From NCBI GenBank assembly GCA_963716725.1, contig CAVQUB010000005.1:608001-672000 (forward strand): a DNA stretch of 64,000 nt, in the 5' to 3' direction. The translations under genes and the position numbers were made by a program. The stretch is from an uncultured delta proteobacterium (lineage in GTDB: Bacteria; Myxococcota_A; Polyangia; Polyangiales; Polyangiaceae). This document shows, piece after piece, positions 37,469 through 46,372 of the stretch. Under the pieces are notes generated by a model. The model was given only the letters and a program-made list of their open reading frames with translations. It did not search any database and was not told where the DNA came from. Each line of letters opens with the position of its first letter. Position 1 is the first letter of the stretch.

Positions 37469-39333
37469 CTACCGCGCACTCACCCGCGCCGGTCCCGTCT
37501 CCGCACGTGCTTCGGGCTCGTAGTACGCATAAGCGACCGACGGCGGCGCCAGTGCGCTGACCCGCATCACTGCGCGCAGACGGAAGGCGAAGCGCTTGCT
37601 CGTGGCCGCGGGAAGGCGATCCAAGTAGACGACGACCCCGCTCGACGTGGGTTGATAGCGCCGCAGCGTGCCGTCGCTGACCAGTTTTTCGAGATCGCTC
37701 GTCTGTAGCTCGAAGCCCGGCGGAATGCCGATCTCGAGGGTCGGCATGTTCATGGCGTTGTTGCGCTTCCAGCCCAGTTCCACCCGGCACTCCAGGGTCT
37801 GGCCGACTGATACGCTGGCAGGGGAGTAGCCGACCCGAAGCGAGACAGCGTCGCTCTCGCCCGCTCGTCCTGCTCCGGTCCACGGCAGATGATGAACGAA
37901 AGCGAGCTGGTACGAGTGGTCGGCGCTGGCGGCGCCTTCGAACTCCACGACGTTTTCGCCGGACCGGACGTGCTCGGTCAACCCGAGCAACTGGTGAACG
38001 TCACGATTGCCCGCGTTCAAGCTGAGCTCCGCGGAGGGAACTCCGTTCACGCGCACCTTGACGAGCTGGTCCCCCGATTCGACATGCTTCGCCCCATCGA
38101 GCAGAGCGCGCAACGCCGCGACGCTGGCTGAAGCGCTGGCCCAAGCGCCGGATGCGTCGCGGCGCGAGAGCAGCCAAGCGTGCGCCTCGACGCGAAGTTC
38201 AGGCTCTAGATCGAGCTTCGACAAGAGATGGGCGACGAGGGCCGTGACCTCGACCTGGAGGGATTCACCGTAGCTGAACATCACGCCCTCTCGCCCGGAC
38301 TTCCAATGGGCCTTTCCGTCTTTTCGCTCCACGAGGGTCGCCAGCCGCGCCGCGATCTTCGACGCGGCGTCGCGATGACCGCCGCTCGACAGGGCGTTGC
38401 CAAAGAGCGCGAGTTCGTACGCATCCGTGGTGGAGTCGTCGCTTTCCAGCTTGGCTAGCGCACGCACGAGACGCTCGTCCTTGATTCCCGACTCGGCGAG
38501 CGCCCAGGCCACGTACGCCGTGGTGGCGAGCAGGCTCGAGCGGGACGCGGACACGGCCGAAGACCCACCCTGGCTGGAGGTGGCCCAGCTGCCGTCGTCG
38601 CGTTGGCCTGCCAACAAGAAGCGGCGAGTTCGCTCGATGAGCTGCTCGTCCACGGGCCTGACCTTGGCCATGTCGGAGAATTCGAGCAGCCCATAGGCGC
38701 TGAGGACGACGTCGCCCGTTGCTCTCCCAAACCAGCTGAACCCGCCGCCTTCGACCTCGAAGGTGAGCAGGCGTTGATACCCCTCGTCGATGTAGGCGCG
38801 GGCCTTCTTCTCGACCTCGGGACTCTGCAGGTTGGAGCGCCGGAGGAAGTCGAGCACGAGCACGTTCGGATAGGTCGTCGACGAGGTCTGCTCGAAGCAG
38901 CCGTACGGTCGCCGAAGCACGCCGTCGAGCGACTCCGCGAGCTGACTGAGCACCCCCCCATACAGCTTCAGCGTCAGCAGGTTGCCACCGGCGATCGCGT
39001 CCCTGGGCACCGTCACCACGAGTCGAGTGGCCTTGCCCAGAGTGCCGCTCTCGACGTGCTCCACCGGCAGCCCGTCGGGCTTGACGCTGATCTTCCGCTC
39101 GACCGCGTCCGCCAGGGACGGCGCGCATGGATCCGGAAGCGCACGGTCCCGCCCGGAAACCCCGTCGCTGCGCCGTCTATCGCGAGTGCGGGCACGACAC
39201 CGGGATTGCCCCTGAGCGGGCCGCGCAACGCCGAGAAGAACCAGGCGCCGAGGGCGACGAAGACAACGGCAACCAGGACCCAAAATCGATGATCCAACCA
39301 CGGAATGTCCCGCTCGACCGGAGTCGGCCCCAT
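37469..39333 (-). pseudogene. Alpha-2-macroglobulin-family gene with large internal deletion and frameshift
   Basis: The N-terminal TM segment (ORF 39013-39333) joins out of frame near 39120 to SLADAVERKISVKPDG. The rest has the thioester motif PYGCFEQT, GYQRLLTFE..GGFSWFG and C-terminal YAYYEPE. Confidence 0.75.
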
Positions 39334-39397
39334 AGAGCGGCATCATGAACGTGTCGTGTCCGGGCGCGCAACGGTTGTGTCGAAACCCCGTTTGGTC

Positions 39398-39478
39398 GCG
39401 CCCTTGACCCCGTTCGGCACGCGGACGATGCTGGCTGCGAGCCGTGCCCCCTCTGCCGTTTACGGCTTCCGAGCTGCG
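39398..39478 (+). repeat. Direct repeat copy 2, containing a putative sigma70-like promoter (TTGACC-N17-GATGCT) and the Rieske start
   Basis: Near-identical to 37360-37434 and overlaps the GTG at 39444. Confidence 0.88.
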
Positions 39479-40589
39479 TTCGGTGCTCGCGCCCGTCGCG
39501 AGGGCCGAGCCCCTGCCCAAGGCGGCCTACGCCGATCCGTCGGTGTTCGCCCTCGAACGCGTGCAGCTCTTCGATCGCGCGTGGCTCGCTGTGTGCCACG
39601 GTTCGGAAGTCGAGGCGCCGGGGTCCTTCGTGAAGGCGCCCGTCACTCCCGAAGGCATCCTGGTCGCGCGCGGCGCCGACCTCCGACTCCACGCGCACTA
39701 CAACGTGTGTCGGCATCGCGGGGCGCTGGTCTGTCACGAGCGCGCGGGCCGCACCGACGCGTTTGTTTGTCCGTACCACGCTTGGCGATACGAGCTCACG
39801 GGCCGGCTCTCCTCCGCGCCGGGAACCCGCGGCCTCGAAGATTTTCGGCTCGCCGATCGAGGCCTCTCGCCGGTCCGGGTCGAGGAGTGGCAGGGCTTGG
39901 TGTTCGTCAATCTAGCCGCCGACGCGCCGCCCTTGGCCGCCGCGCTCGCTCCGGCTCCCGAGCACCTCGGGCGGCTGCACCTGGCTCAGCTCCGCCTCGG
40001 GCGGCGCGTCGAGCACGAGGTCGCTGCCAACTGGAAGCTCCTGATCGAGAACTTCCAGGAGTCACATCACTTCCGCAGCGTGCATCCGATGCTCGAGCGT
40101 TGGACGCCCTTCGAGCGATCGTCGAGCTTCATCTCCGACGGAGCGTGGCTCGGCGGCACGATGGAGCTGGTCGACGAGGCCGAGACCGTCTCGCTCGACG
40201 GTCAGCGACACGGTCGTCCCTTGCTCGGTGGGAGCAGTGACCTCGATCGGCGTCGGGTCTACGACTACTTCTGCTTTCCGAACCTGCTCTTGAGCGTGCA
40301 GCCGGACTACCTGCTGACCTACCGCATCTGGCCCCTCGCCCCCGACCGCAGCCGGGTGACCGCCGACATCCTGTTTCACCCGGGCGCCTTCAGCGACGGC
40401 TTCGACCCCAGCGACGTCTACGAGTTCTGGGACGTCACCAACCGCGAAGACCGGGAGATCTGCGAGAGTCAACAGATCGGAATCGCCTCCCGGGGCTTTG
40501 ACCGCGGCCGCTTTGCCACGAGCGAAGACGGAACGCACGCCTTCGACGGGCGCATCGCCCGCTTCTACTTGGAGCACATCGACGTATGA
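39444..40589 (+). CDS. Rieske non-heme iron oxygenase alpha subunit (choline monooxygenase/GbcA-like)
   Basis: NVCRHRG...CPYHAW Rieske motif, NWKLLIENFQESHH..VH and EDREICESQQ motifs. Confidence 0.92.
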   Translation: MPPLPFTASELRSVLAPVARAEPLPKAAYADPSVFALERVQLFDRAWLAVCHGSEVEAPGSFVKAPVTPEGILVARGADLRLHAHYNVCRHRGALVCHERAGRTDAFVCPYHAWRYELTGRLSSAPGTRGLEDFRLADRGLSPVRVEEWQGLVFVNLAADAPPLAAALAPAPEHLGRLHLAQLRLGRRVEHEVAANWKLLIENFQESHHFRSVHPMLERWTPFERSSSFISDGAWLGGTMELVDEAETVSLDGQRHGRPLLGGSSDLDRRRVYDYFCFPNLLLSVQPDYLLTYRIWPLAPDRSRVTADILFHPGAFSDGFDPSDVYEFWDVTNREDREICESQQIGIASRGFDRGRFATSEDGTHAFDGRIARFYLEHIDV

Positions 40590-41407
40590 GCCAACTCTGG
40601 GGTGTCTTCGGTCAGCCATTCCTCGATCTCGAGCCCCACGTGGACCTCGGGTTGCTCTCGGAGCTCGACGACGAGATCTGCGCGGGCCTGGCCGAGGTCG
40701 AGGTCGGCTACACCGGCGGCAGCCTGAAGTGGATGGAGGTGGCCGCGCCCTGGGTGCTCGACGACCCCTACGAAGATCTGGGCTGGGTCATCGAGCGCAT
40801 GACCCGCGAAGAGCGCGAAAAGCTGGTCTCACTCGCCGACGATCCGAGCCTCTTCGAGGCTGACAAGCTGATGCAGTACCAGTTCGGGGATGAAACCGAG
40901 CACCCGCTCTCTCGGAAGCAAGCGCGCTGGCTCGAGTACCGGTTCGGCGTCTACTTTCCGTGGAAGGTGGTCTTCCACCTGCTCGAGAACTTCAGCTGGG
41001 ACGACAACCAGAACGGGCGGGGCAAGGAGTGGAACCCCGAGGCGCTGCGCCACTTTCCCAAGACCGTGGCTTTCGTGAAGTCGCTGCCCTTCACCGAGAT
41101 CGGTCGTTGCGTGCTCTTCGGCCTCTCGCCCAACGATCACGCCACCGTGCACCGCGACAGCGAGCCGGGCAGCAGCGTCTCCGTCGCGCAGTGCATCAAC
41201 GTCTGTCCGCGGGGCGACAAACGCTTCTTCTTGGTCGATCCAGAGGGCGAGCAGCAGACCTTCGTGACCCCGCGCGTGTACTGGTTCAACGACATGGACT
41301 ACCACGGCGTCGAGGCCGATCCGTGGTTTCGCTACTCGATCCGCGTGGATGGCAAGCTCGACCCCGCGTTCGTGAACAAGCTGAGCCGCGAGGCGCGGGC
41401 GAGGTGA
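40586..41407 (+). CDS. Uncharacterised putative Fe(II)/2OG-type oxygenase, paralog A
   Basis: HRD ... YHGVEADPWFRYS fits HxD...H plus RxS. Its start overlaps the Rieske stop (ATGA). Confidence 0.6.
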   Translation: MSQLWGVFGQPFLDLEPHVDLGLLSELDDEICAGLAEVEVGYTGGSLKWMEVAAPWVLDDPYEDLGWVIERMTREEREKLVSLADDPSLFEADKLMQYQFGDETEHPLSRKQARWLEYRFGVYFPWKVVFHLLENFSWDDNQNGRGKEWNPEALRHFPKTVAFVKSLPFTEIGRCVLFGLSPNDHATVHRDSEPGSSVSVAQCINVCPRGDKRFFLVDPEGEQQTFVTPRVYWFNDMDYHGVEADPWFRYSIRVDGKLDPAFVNKLSREARAR

Positions 41408-41413
41408 GCGAAG

Positions 41414-42664
41414 CTACGCGTCGCGCCGGACCAAGGTCGCGACGCTCATGGCTTCGTCCGTCGTCGCGCCCTTGTGCGTGCGCGAGTAGATGCCCGCGGC
41501 GCAGCCGGCCACCAGATAGACCCCGTAGTTGACCACGTCTCCGTTCTCGTTGGCGCGGGCTTCGAAGTATCGTTGAGCGACCCAGTGGCCGGGGCGAGCA
41601 TGCAGCAAGCACTTGTTCCAATCGTCGGCCGTGGACAGCTTGCCGATGATCACCTCTTCGCCTTCGGCGCCGTAGTCGCTCTTCAGCACCCACTCGTCCT
41701 TCTCGGCGACCAGGGCTGCTTCCGCCATCGTCTCCAGGCGGAAGGTCGCCGGAATGAACTGGCGAATGACGTTCTGCGCCGCGGGTCCAAAGCGGTGGAT
41801 GTGCTCCCACATCAAGGCCATGGCTCGCTTGTTCTGGGGCAGCACGGCGCCGAAGGGGTTCACGACGCAGAGCTTGCCGGCCAGGGAGGCGGCAATGGCG
41901 ATCCCCAGGGGTTCGCGCAGAGGCTCCGTGTCCGGGAGGTTCTCGTCGTCCCAGGCGGTTAGCCGCTCGCCCCACCAGTCCGTCTTGTAGTGGCGGAGCA
42001 TGACGCTGAAGGGCACGTCGAACAGGCACGCGCGTCCTTCGCTGTCGAGCGTCAGGTTGTAGGGCGACCCGAGCACCACCTCCCAGCCGCGATCCTCGAA
42101 CCAGCGTTTGAAGAGTCGGATCACGCCGAGGTCCTCGGTGAACTCCGTGGGGTACACGATGCCGGCGACGCGGGCGTGCTCCGCGCCCAGCGTGTAGCGC
42201 GCCAGGCCCTCGACCATCTCGCAATAGGTCGCCTCGAGGGTGGCGTTTGGATCATCGGTCTCGGGGTGGCTCGGGTGCACGACCCGGTTCAGGATGATCG
42301 CCTCGGCTTCGCCGGTTGGCGTGTCGCTGTTCAGCTCGGCGAAGGCGAAGCCCTCGTCGGTCGAGAATACGTCGGCGCGGGCGATGCCGTGCCACGTCGG
42401 TCGCGAGGACTCCCACATCGCCTTCTGGAATTCCGTGAGCTGAAAGAAGGTGTCGAGCAGAGCCGGGTCGTCCGCGCACATGCAGCAGACGTCGTTGTAG
42501 ACGCCGGCGACCTGCTCCGAGGCGCGGTACAGCGCGTCCCGCTCCCGCGGCGAGAGGATCAGCGGTCGCTCGGCGAGCCGCGGTTTGCCTCGGATCCACG
42601 GGTCAGTGACGATGCCTGACTCGACCACTTGGGCGGCAAAGTCGTCGTAGCTCGGTTCGCTCAT
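41414..42664 (-). CDS. Glutathionylspermidine synthase-like ATP-grasp ligase, without amidase domain
   Basis: ARADVF, ELNSDTPTGEAE, QNKRAMALMWE, WVLKSDYGAEGEEV and VAQRYF motifs. Confidence 0.85.
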   Translation of the reverse strand: MSEPSYDDFAAQVVESGIVTDPWIRGKPRLAERPLILSPRERDALYRASEQVAGVYNDVCCMCADDPALLDTFFQLTEFQKAMWESSRPTWHGIARADVFSTDEGFAFAELNSDTPTGEAEAIILNRVVHPSHPETDDPNATLEATYCEMVEGLARYTLGAEHARVAGIVYPTEFTEDLGVIRLFKRWFEDRGWEVVLGSPYNLTLDSEGRACLFDVPFSVMLRHYKTDWWGERLTAWDDENLPDTEPLREPLGIAIAASLAGKLCVVNPFGAVLPQNKRAMALMWEHIHRFGPAAQNVIRQFIPATFRLETMAEAALVAEKDEWVLKSDYGAEGEEVIIGKLSTADDWNKCLLHARPGHWVAQRYFEARANENGDVVNYGVYLVAGCAAGIYSRTHKGATTDEAMSVATLVRRDA

Positions 42665-42737
42665 GCGGGAGGGCGCGAGCCTAGCGCAGTCGAAAGACTT
42701 TGAGCACGCTACGCTCTCGGGATAGCGTGGCCGCGCG

Positions 42738-43562
42738 GTGATACACGGCATCTGGGGCCACCCCTTCATCGATCTCGAGCCGCACTTGGATTTGTCCGAG
42801 CTCGAAGCCATCCACGCAGAGGTCTGCCTCGGGCTCGCGCAGGTGCCCGCTGCGTACACGGGCGGCAGCCACCGTTCGATGGGCATCATGCCGGCTTCGC
42901 GCGCCGAGGAAGGTCTCGGGGATTACGGCAGCGTGCTCAGCGAGCTCTCCGCCACCGAGCGCGCCGTCTTCGCGTCGCTCGCGGACGATCCGATCGGCGC
43001 CCGCGAAGAAGACACCCTCGACTTCGGCGAAGAGCGCCCTTGCACGCTCTCGCGTCGGCAACAGCTCTGGCTCGAGTACCGCCACGGCGTCTACTTTCCG
43101 TGGAAGGTCTATTACGAGATGATCCCGAATCACTATTGGGACGAGAAGAGCAGCGCGGCGGGCAAGGCCTTCACGCGTGAGGCGCGCACCTTCTTCCCCA
43201 AGACCGTCGCCTTCGTGAAGAGCCTGCCTTTCATCCAGATCGGGCGCTGCAACATCATGGGCCTCTGCGCCCACGACCATGGCACCGTTCACCTGGACGG
43301 CGATCCGCTGCAAAAGGCCGAGGTGGACCACTTCGTCAGCTTCTGCCCCGGAGGCAACAAGCGCTTGTTTCTCTGGGACGAGGAGCGCACACAGAAGGTC
43401 CAGGTCGAGCGGCGCGCGTTTTGGTTCAACGACAGCGACTACCACGGGGTAGAAGCCGCGCCGTTTTTCAGATATTCGATCCGAGTGGACGGGGTGTTTC
43501 AGCCGGAGTTCTTTGATCGACTCCGAGAGAGCCACCCCGCGCCGACCCGAGGAGCCTCGTGA
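42738..43562 (+). CDS. Uncharacterised putative Fe(II)/2OG-type oxygenase, paralog B
   Basis: Shares blocks with paralog A (YTGGS, WLEYR.GVYFPWKV, FPKTVAFVKSLPF, WFND.DYHGVEA..FRYSIRVDG). HLD...H motif. Confidence 0.6.
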   Translation: MIHGIWGHPFIDLEPHLDLSELEAIHAEVCLGLAQVPAAYTGGSHRSMGIMPASRAEEGLGDYGSVLSELSATERAVFASLADDPIGAREEDTLDFGEERPCTLSRRQQLWLEYRHGVYFPWKVYYEMIPNHYWDEKSSAAGKAFTREARTFFPKTVAFVKSLPFIQIGRCNIMGLCAHDHGTVHLDGDPLQKAEVDHFVSFCPGGNKRLFLWDEERTQKVQVERRAFWFNDSDYHGVEAAPFFRYSIRVDGVFQPEFFDRLRESHPAPTRGAS

Positions 43563-45007
43563 ATCCGAACGACCCGTCATTCAAAGAAGCGTATCGCGTC
43601 GAGAAACCGGGCATCGTCGGTGCCAAGTGGTGGCAAGAGGGCTTGGTTGAGCAGGCGGCGGTGGCCATGCCGCGCCGATCCGCCCTCGCTGGCATGATCG
43701 GGCTCGCGACCGCCGTTGGTGCCATCGCCCTGATTGGCAGCGCACTGGCCATCTGCGGCGCCGCCAGCGACGACGAGGTCGAATTCAAGACCATCGATCA
43801 AGCGTCGCTCCAGGCACAGCGCAACTACGGCTGGAACTTCGGCGCCGTCACCGAGAACCTGGTCTTCGATGGAGCGCAGAAGACGCCCTTCGATCGCGGC
43901 GCCCTCGCACGCTTGCGCAACGAGCTGATGCCGGTGAAGGGCGATCTGCGACCCTACTACTGGCCCACGCTCTTCGAAGCGCCAACCGCGATGCCGAAGA
44001 CGCCCATCGAGGGGGAGTCGCCCACCACGCCGCTCGCGAACGTGCTGACGCCGGTGTTCACCGCGGCGATGGACGTCGCCTACAAACGCGGTCGAGCTCT
44101 GGCCGCGCTCTTCGAGAAGGCCACGCCCGACACCGCGGTGCTGGTCGACTTGCCGGGGCCCGAGTCCGTGGCCATGGCCGCCGGCATGGCCGAGCGATTC
44201 GAGCCGGTGGCGACCTTCGACAACTGGCCGCATCCGCGCGGCGTCGTGCCCGCGCACCTGACCCTGGCCGCGGCGGCCTACTACCAGCCATTGTTCGCCA
44301 AAGCGCAGAAACGGCGCACGCTGACCGCGCTCCCACTGATGGTGCTCGATCGCAAACGCCTCAGCCCCTACGCCGACGAGACGCGCCAGTTCGACAACCG
44401 CTACGTCGCCAAACTGCCGCCGCCCGCGGGGTTCAAGCAGCTGGGTGTGAAGCGCCTGCTTTACGTGGTGCCCGGCGGCGCCGACGCGGCGGAGCTCGAC
44501 GATTTGAACCAGGACTTCGTGGAGTACGAGAAGGCCGGCATCGACGTGAAGATGGTCGCCGCATCGGACTTCAGCGCCGGCAACCCCAGCCTCCCGCCCG
44601 CCGACAAACAGGCGCTCGAGCAGGCCGGGGACTGGCCGCCCTACTACTATGGCGGCGACACCGGATCGTCGGACGGCTTCTGGTCGGATTACGGCTGGGA
44701 CGCTGGCACGACCGCGCGAAGCCCGAAGCTCGGGACCAGCCGCCGTTCGTCGTCGCACCGGAGTTGGTCGCCCGCAGCGAGGGCCACGGCCTTCGGATCG
44801 AGCACCTCGGGCACGAGCGCGAGCGCCGACGGCACGGGGTCGATGAGCAAGACCGCCAAGGTCGCCGTCGGAACCGTCGGCGTGGCAGTCGCAGCGGGCA
44901 CGGGGATCGTGCTCGGCACGCGCTACGGCACCGGCCGCAGCAGCGGTGTGCGCACGGGCGGACGCAGCGGCTCCTTTGGTCGCTCGAGCGGATCGGGGTG
45001 GGGCTGA
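43559..45007 (+). CDS. Membrane-anchored hypothetical protein with a Gly/Ser/Arg-rich tail resembling YgiB/DUF1190
   Basis: RRSAL plus a TM segment near the N-terminus, a globular core, and a tail ending GGRSGSFGRSSGSGWG. Confidence 0.65.
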   Translation: MNPNDPSFKEAYRVEKPGIVGAKWWQEGLVEQAAVAMPRRSALAGMIGLATAVGAIALIGSALAICGAASDDEVEFKTIDQASLQAQRNYGWNFGAVTENLVFDGAQKTPFDRGALARLRNELMPVKGDLRPYYWPTLFEAPTAMPKTPIEGESPTTPLANVLTPVFTAAMDVAYKRGRALAALFEKATPDTAVLVDLPGPESVAMAAGMAERFEPVATFDNWPHPRGVVPAHLTLAAAAYYQPLFAKAQKRRTLTALPLMVLDRKRLSPYADETRQFDNRYVAKLPPPAGFKQLGVKRLLYVVPGGADAAELDDLNQDFVEYEKAGIDVKMVAASDFSAGNPSLPPADKQALEQAGDWPPYYYGGDTGSSDGFWSDYGWDAGTTARSPKLGTSRRSSSHRSWSPAARATAFGSSTSGTSASADGTGSMSKTAKVAVGTVGVAVAAGTGIVLGTRYGTGRSSGVRTGGRSGSFGRSSGSGWG

Positions 45008-45564
45008 TGAGCAACTCGCTCTTCGCGGTGGAGATTGCCGCGCACACTCACCCGAACGATCCTTTTCGTCAGGCGCTGCACCACCTGATCCGCTCGCAGC
45101 CCTCGATGCAGTCGCCGATCCAGAAGCGGCAGCTCTACTACCAAGCGGTGCAGCACATCGGCGCGAACTTTGCTGCCGTCGAGCGAGGCTGTTGGGACTA
45201 CTGGCCCGACCACGACAAGGCCGTTGCCGACTTCGAAATGTGGACGCAAGGCATGGTCACCGAAGAGGGAGCGCGCCCTGGACCCGCCTACGACGGTCCG
45301 CCGCGATACCTGACCTTCACCATGGCGTTCTTGATGGTGCACGGCTCGCCGACCGATCAGGCGATTGCCCAGCGCTGCAACATCCAGCAAGAGAGCCTCT
45401 GGCGTCGCGACGTGTTCGGCTACATCGTGCAGGCGGCGGCCTCCATCGACTTTGGGGACGTGCAAGGCGACGTCGTCTATCTGATCCCCGGCGACGACGG
45501 CTTCGCGCTCACTCCGCAGGACTTGGCCCAGCCCAAATTCGAATATCTGAGGCCCATCGCCTGA
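45007..45564 (+). CDS. Hypothetical protein translationally coupled to the upstream gene
   Basis: TGATG overlap and coding-like codon usage; contains GCWDYW and YEG/YDG-PRY-type segments. Confidence 0.7.
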   Translation: MSNSLFAVEIAAHTHPNDPFRQALHHLIRSQPSMQSPIQKRQLYYQAVQHIGANFAAVERGCWDYWPDHDKAVADFEMWTQGMVTEEGARPGPAYDGPPRYLTFTMAFLMVHGSPTDQAIAQRCNIQQESLWRRDVFGYIVQAAASIDFGDVQGDVVYLIPGDDGFALTPQDLAQPKFEYLRPIA

Positions 45565-45572
45565 GCCGCGGC

Positions 45573-46328
45573 TCAGAACCAGACCTCCCACAGCCCCGGC
45601 TCGACCTCGGCGGCGTGGGCCGTGACGCTGATGCGATCGCGTCGGCCGCCGAAGGGCTGGATCTGGTGCAGCCGGTAGCTGTCGAATACACACAGCTCTC
45701 CCACGCGGTACTCGACCACCTCGCAGGGGTGGTCCAGCTCCTCGTCGGTGGCCTCGTCGGCGCCGGAGTAGTGCACGTCCCAGAGCGCGATGCCCCCGCC
45801 ACGCTGGGGAGCCTGCAACATCAACAACAGCGACAGCGCCGGCCTCCGCTCCCGCGCCTGCTCCTCGCTCAGCCCTTCGGTGTCGAAGTGCACGATCCCG
45901 CCGCGGTGCGCGACCACGTCGCCGCTCGGAAAGACGTGCACGCCGGGCCCGCACCAATCGGCTCGCTGCACGGCGCGACCCCCGCCCAGGGCCTGGACCG
46001 CGCCGATCATGCGCTGCTGCACGCCGGGCAGCGTCGCCTCGACCAGCGCGTTCGAAGCCGCGGCTTCGGCGAAGTACTCGTCTGAGCGGTCTTCCTCGAG
46101 GTGCGTGTACCAGGCGCGCCCGAGCGAGTGTTGCTCGCCCTCGAAGGCCGCGGTCCAGCGCTCGCGGGCCGCGTACACCGCGCGCGTCCACCCGTGGCAC
46201 TCGTGCCACGACGCGAAGCCCGGGACTCGGATCGCTGAGTGACGCGACACGTCCGCGATCAACCGATCGCGATCCCCGGGCTCGGCCGGCGGCCAGCTGA
46301 GCACCCGTGGCTCGTCGCTCGAGGTCAT
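45573..46328 (-). CDS. 2OG-Fe(II) oxygenase superfamily protein (P4H-like)
   Basis: VHFDTEG, LMLQAPQRGGG, GELCVFDSYRLHQI and RISVT motifs. Confidence 0.75.
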   Translation of the reverse strand: MTSSDEPRVLSWPPAEPGDRDRLIADVSRHSAIRVPGFASWHECHGWTRAVYAARERWTAAFEGEQHSLGRAWYTHLEEDRSDEYFAEAAASNALVEATLPGVQQRMIGAVQALGGGRAVQRADWCGPGVHVFPSGDVVAHRGGIVHFDTEGLSEEQARERRPALSLLLMLQAPQRGGGIALWDVHYSGADEATDEELDHPCEVVEYRVGELCVFDSYRLHQIQPFGGRRDRISVTAHAAEVEPGLWEVWF

Positions 46329-46372
46329 GTCCGCGCGACGGTGTCCAGCCGGCGGCGCGACGTCAAGGTGGG

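Noticed and set aside
36472..46328. Reading the ligase/oxygenase locus as a classical RiPP or NRPS cluster
   Set aside because: No short precursor peptide, carrier protein or adenylation domain was seen, and the ligase is GspS-type rather than RimK/graspetide-type.
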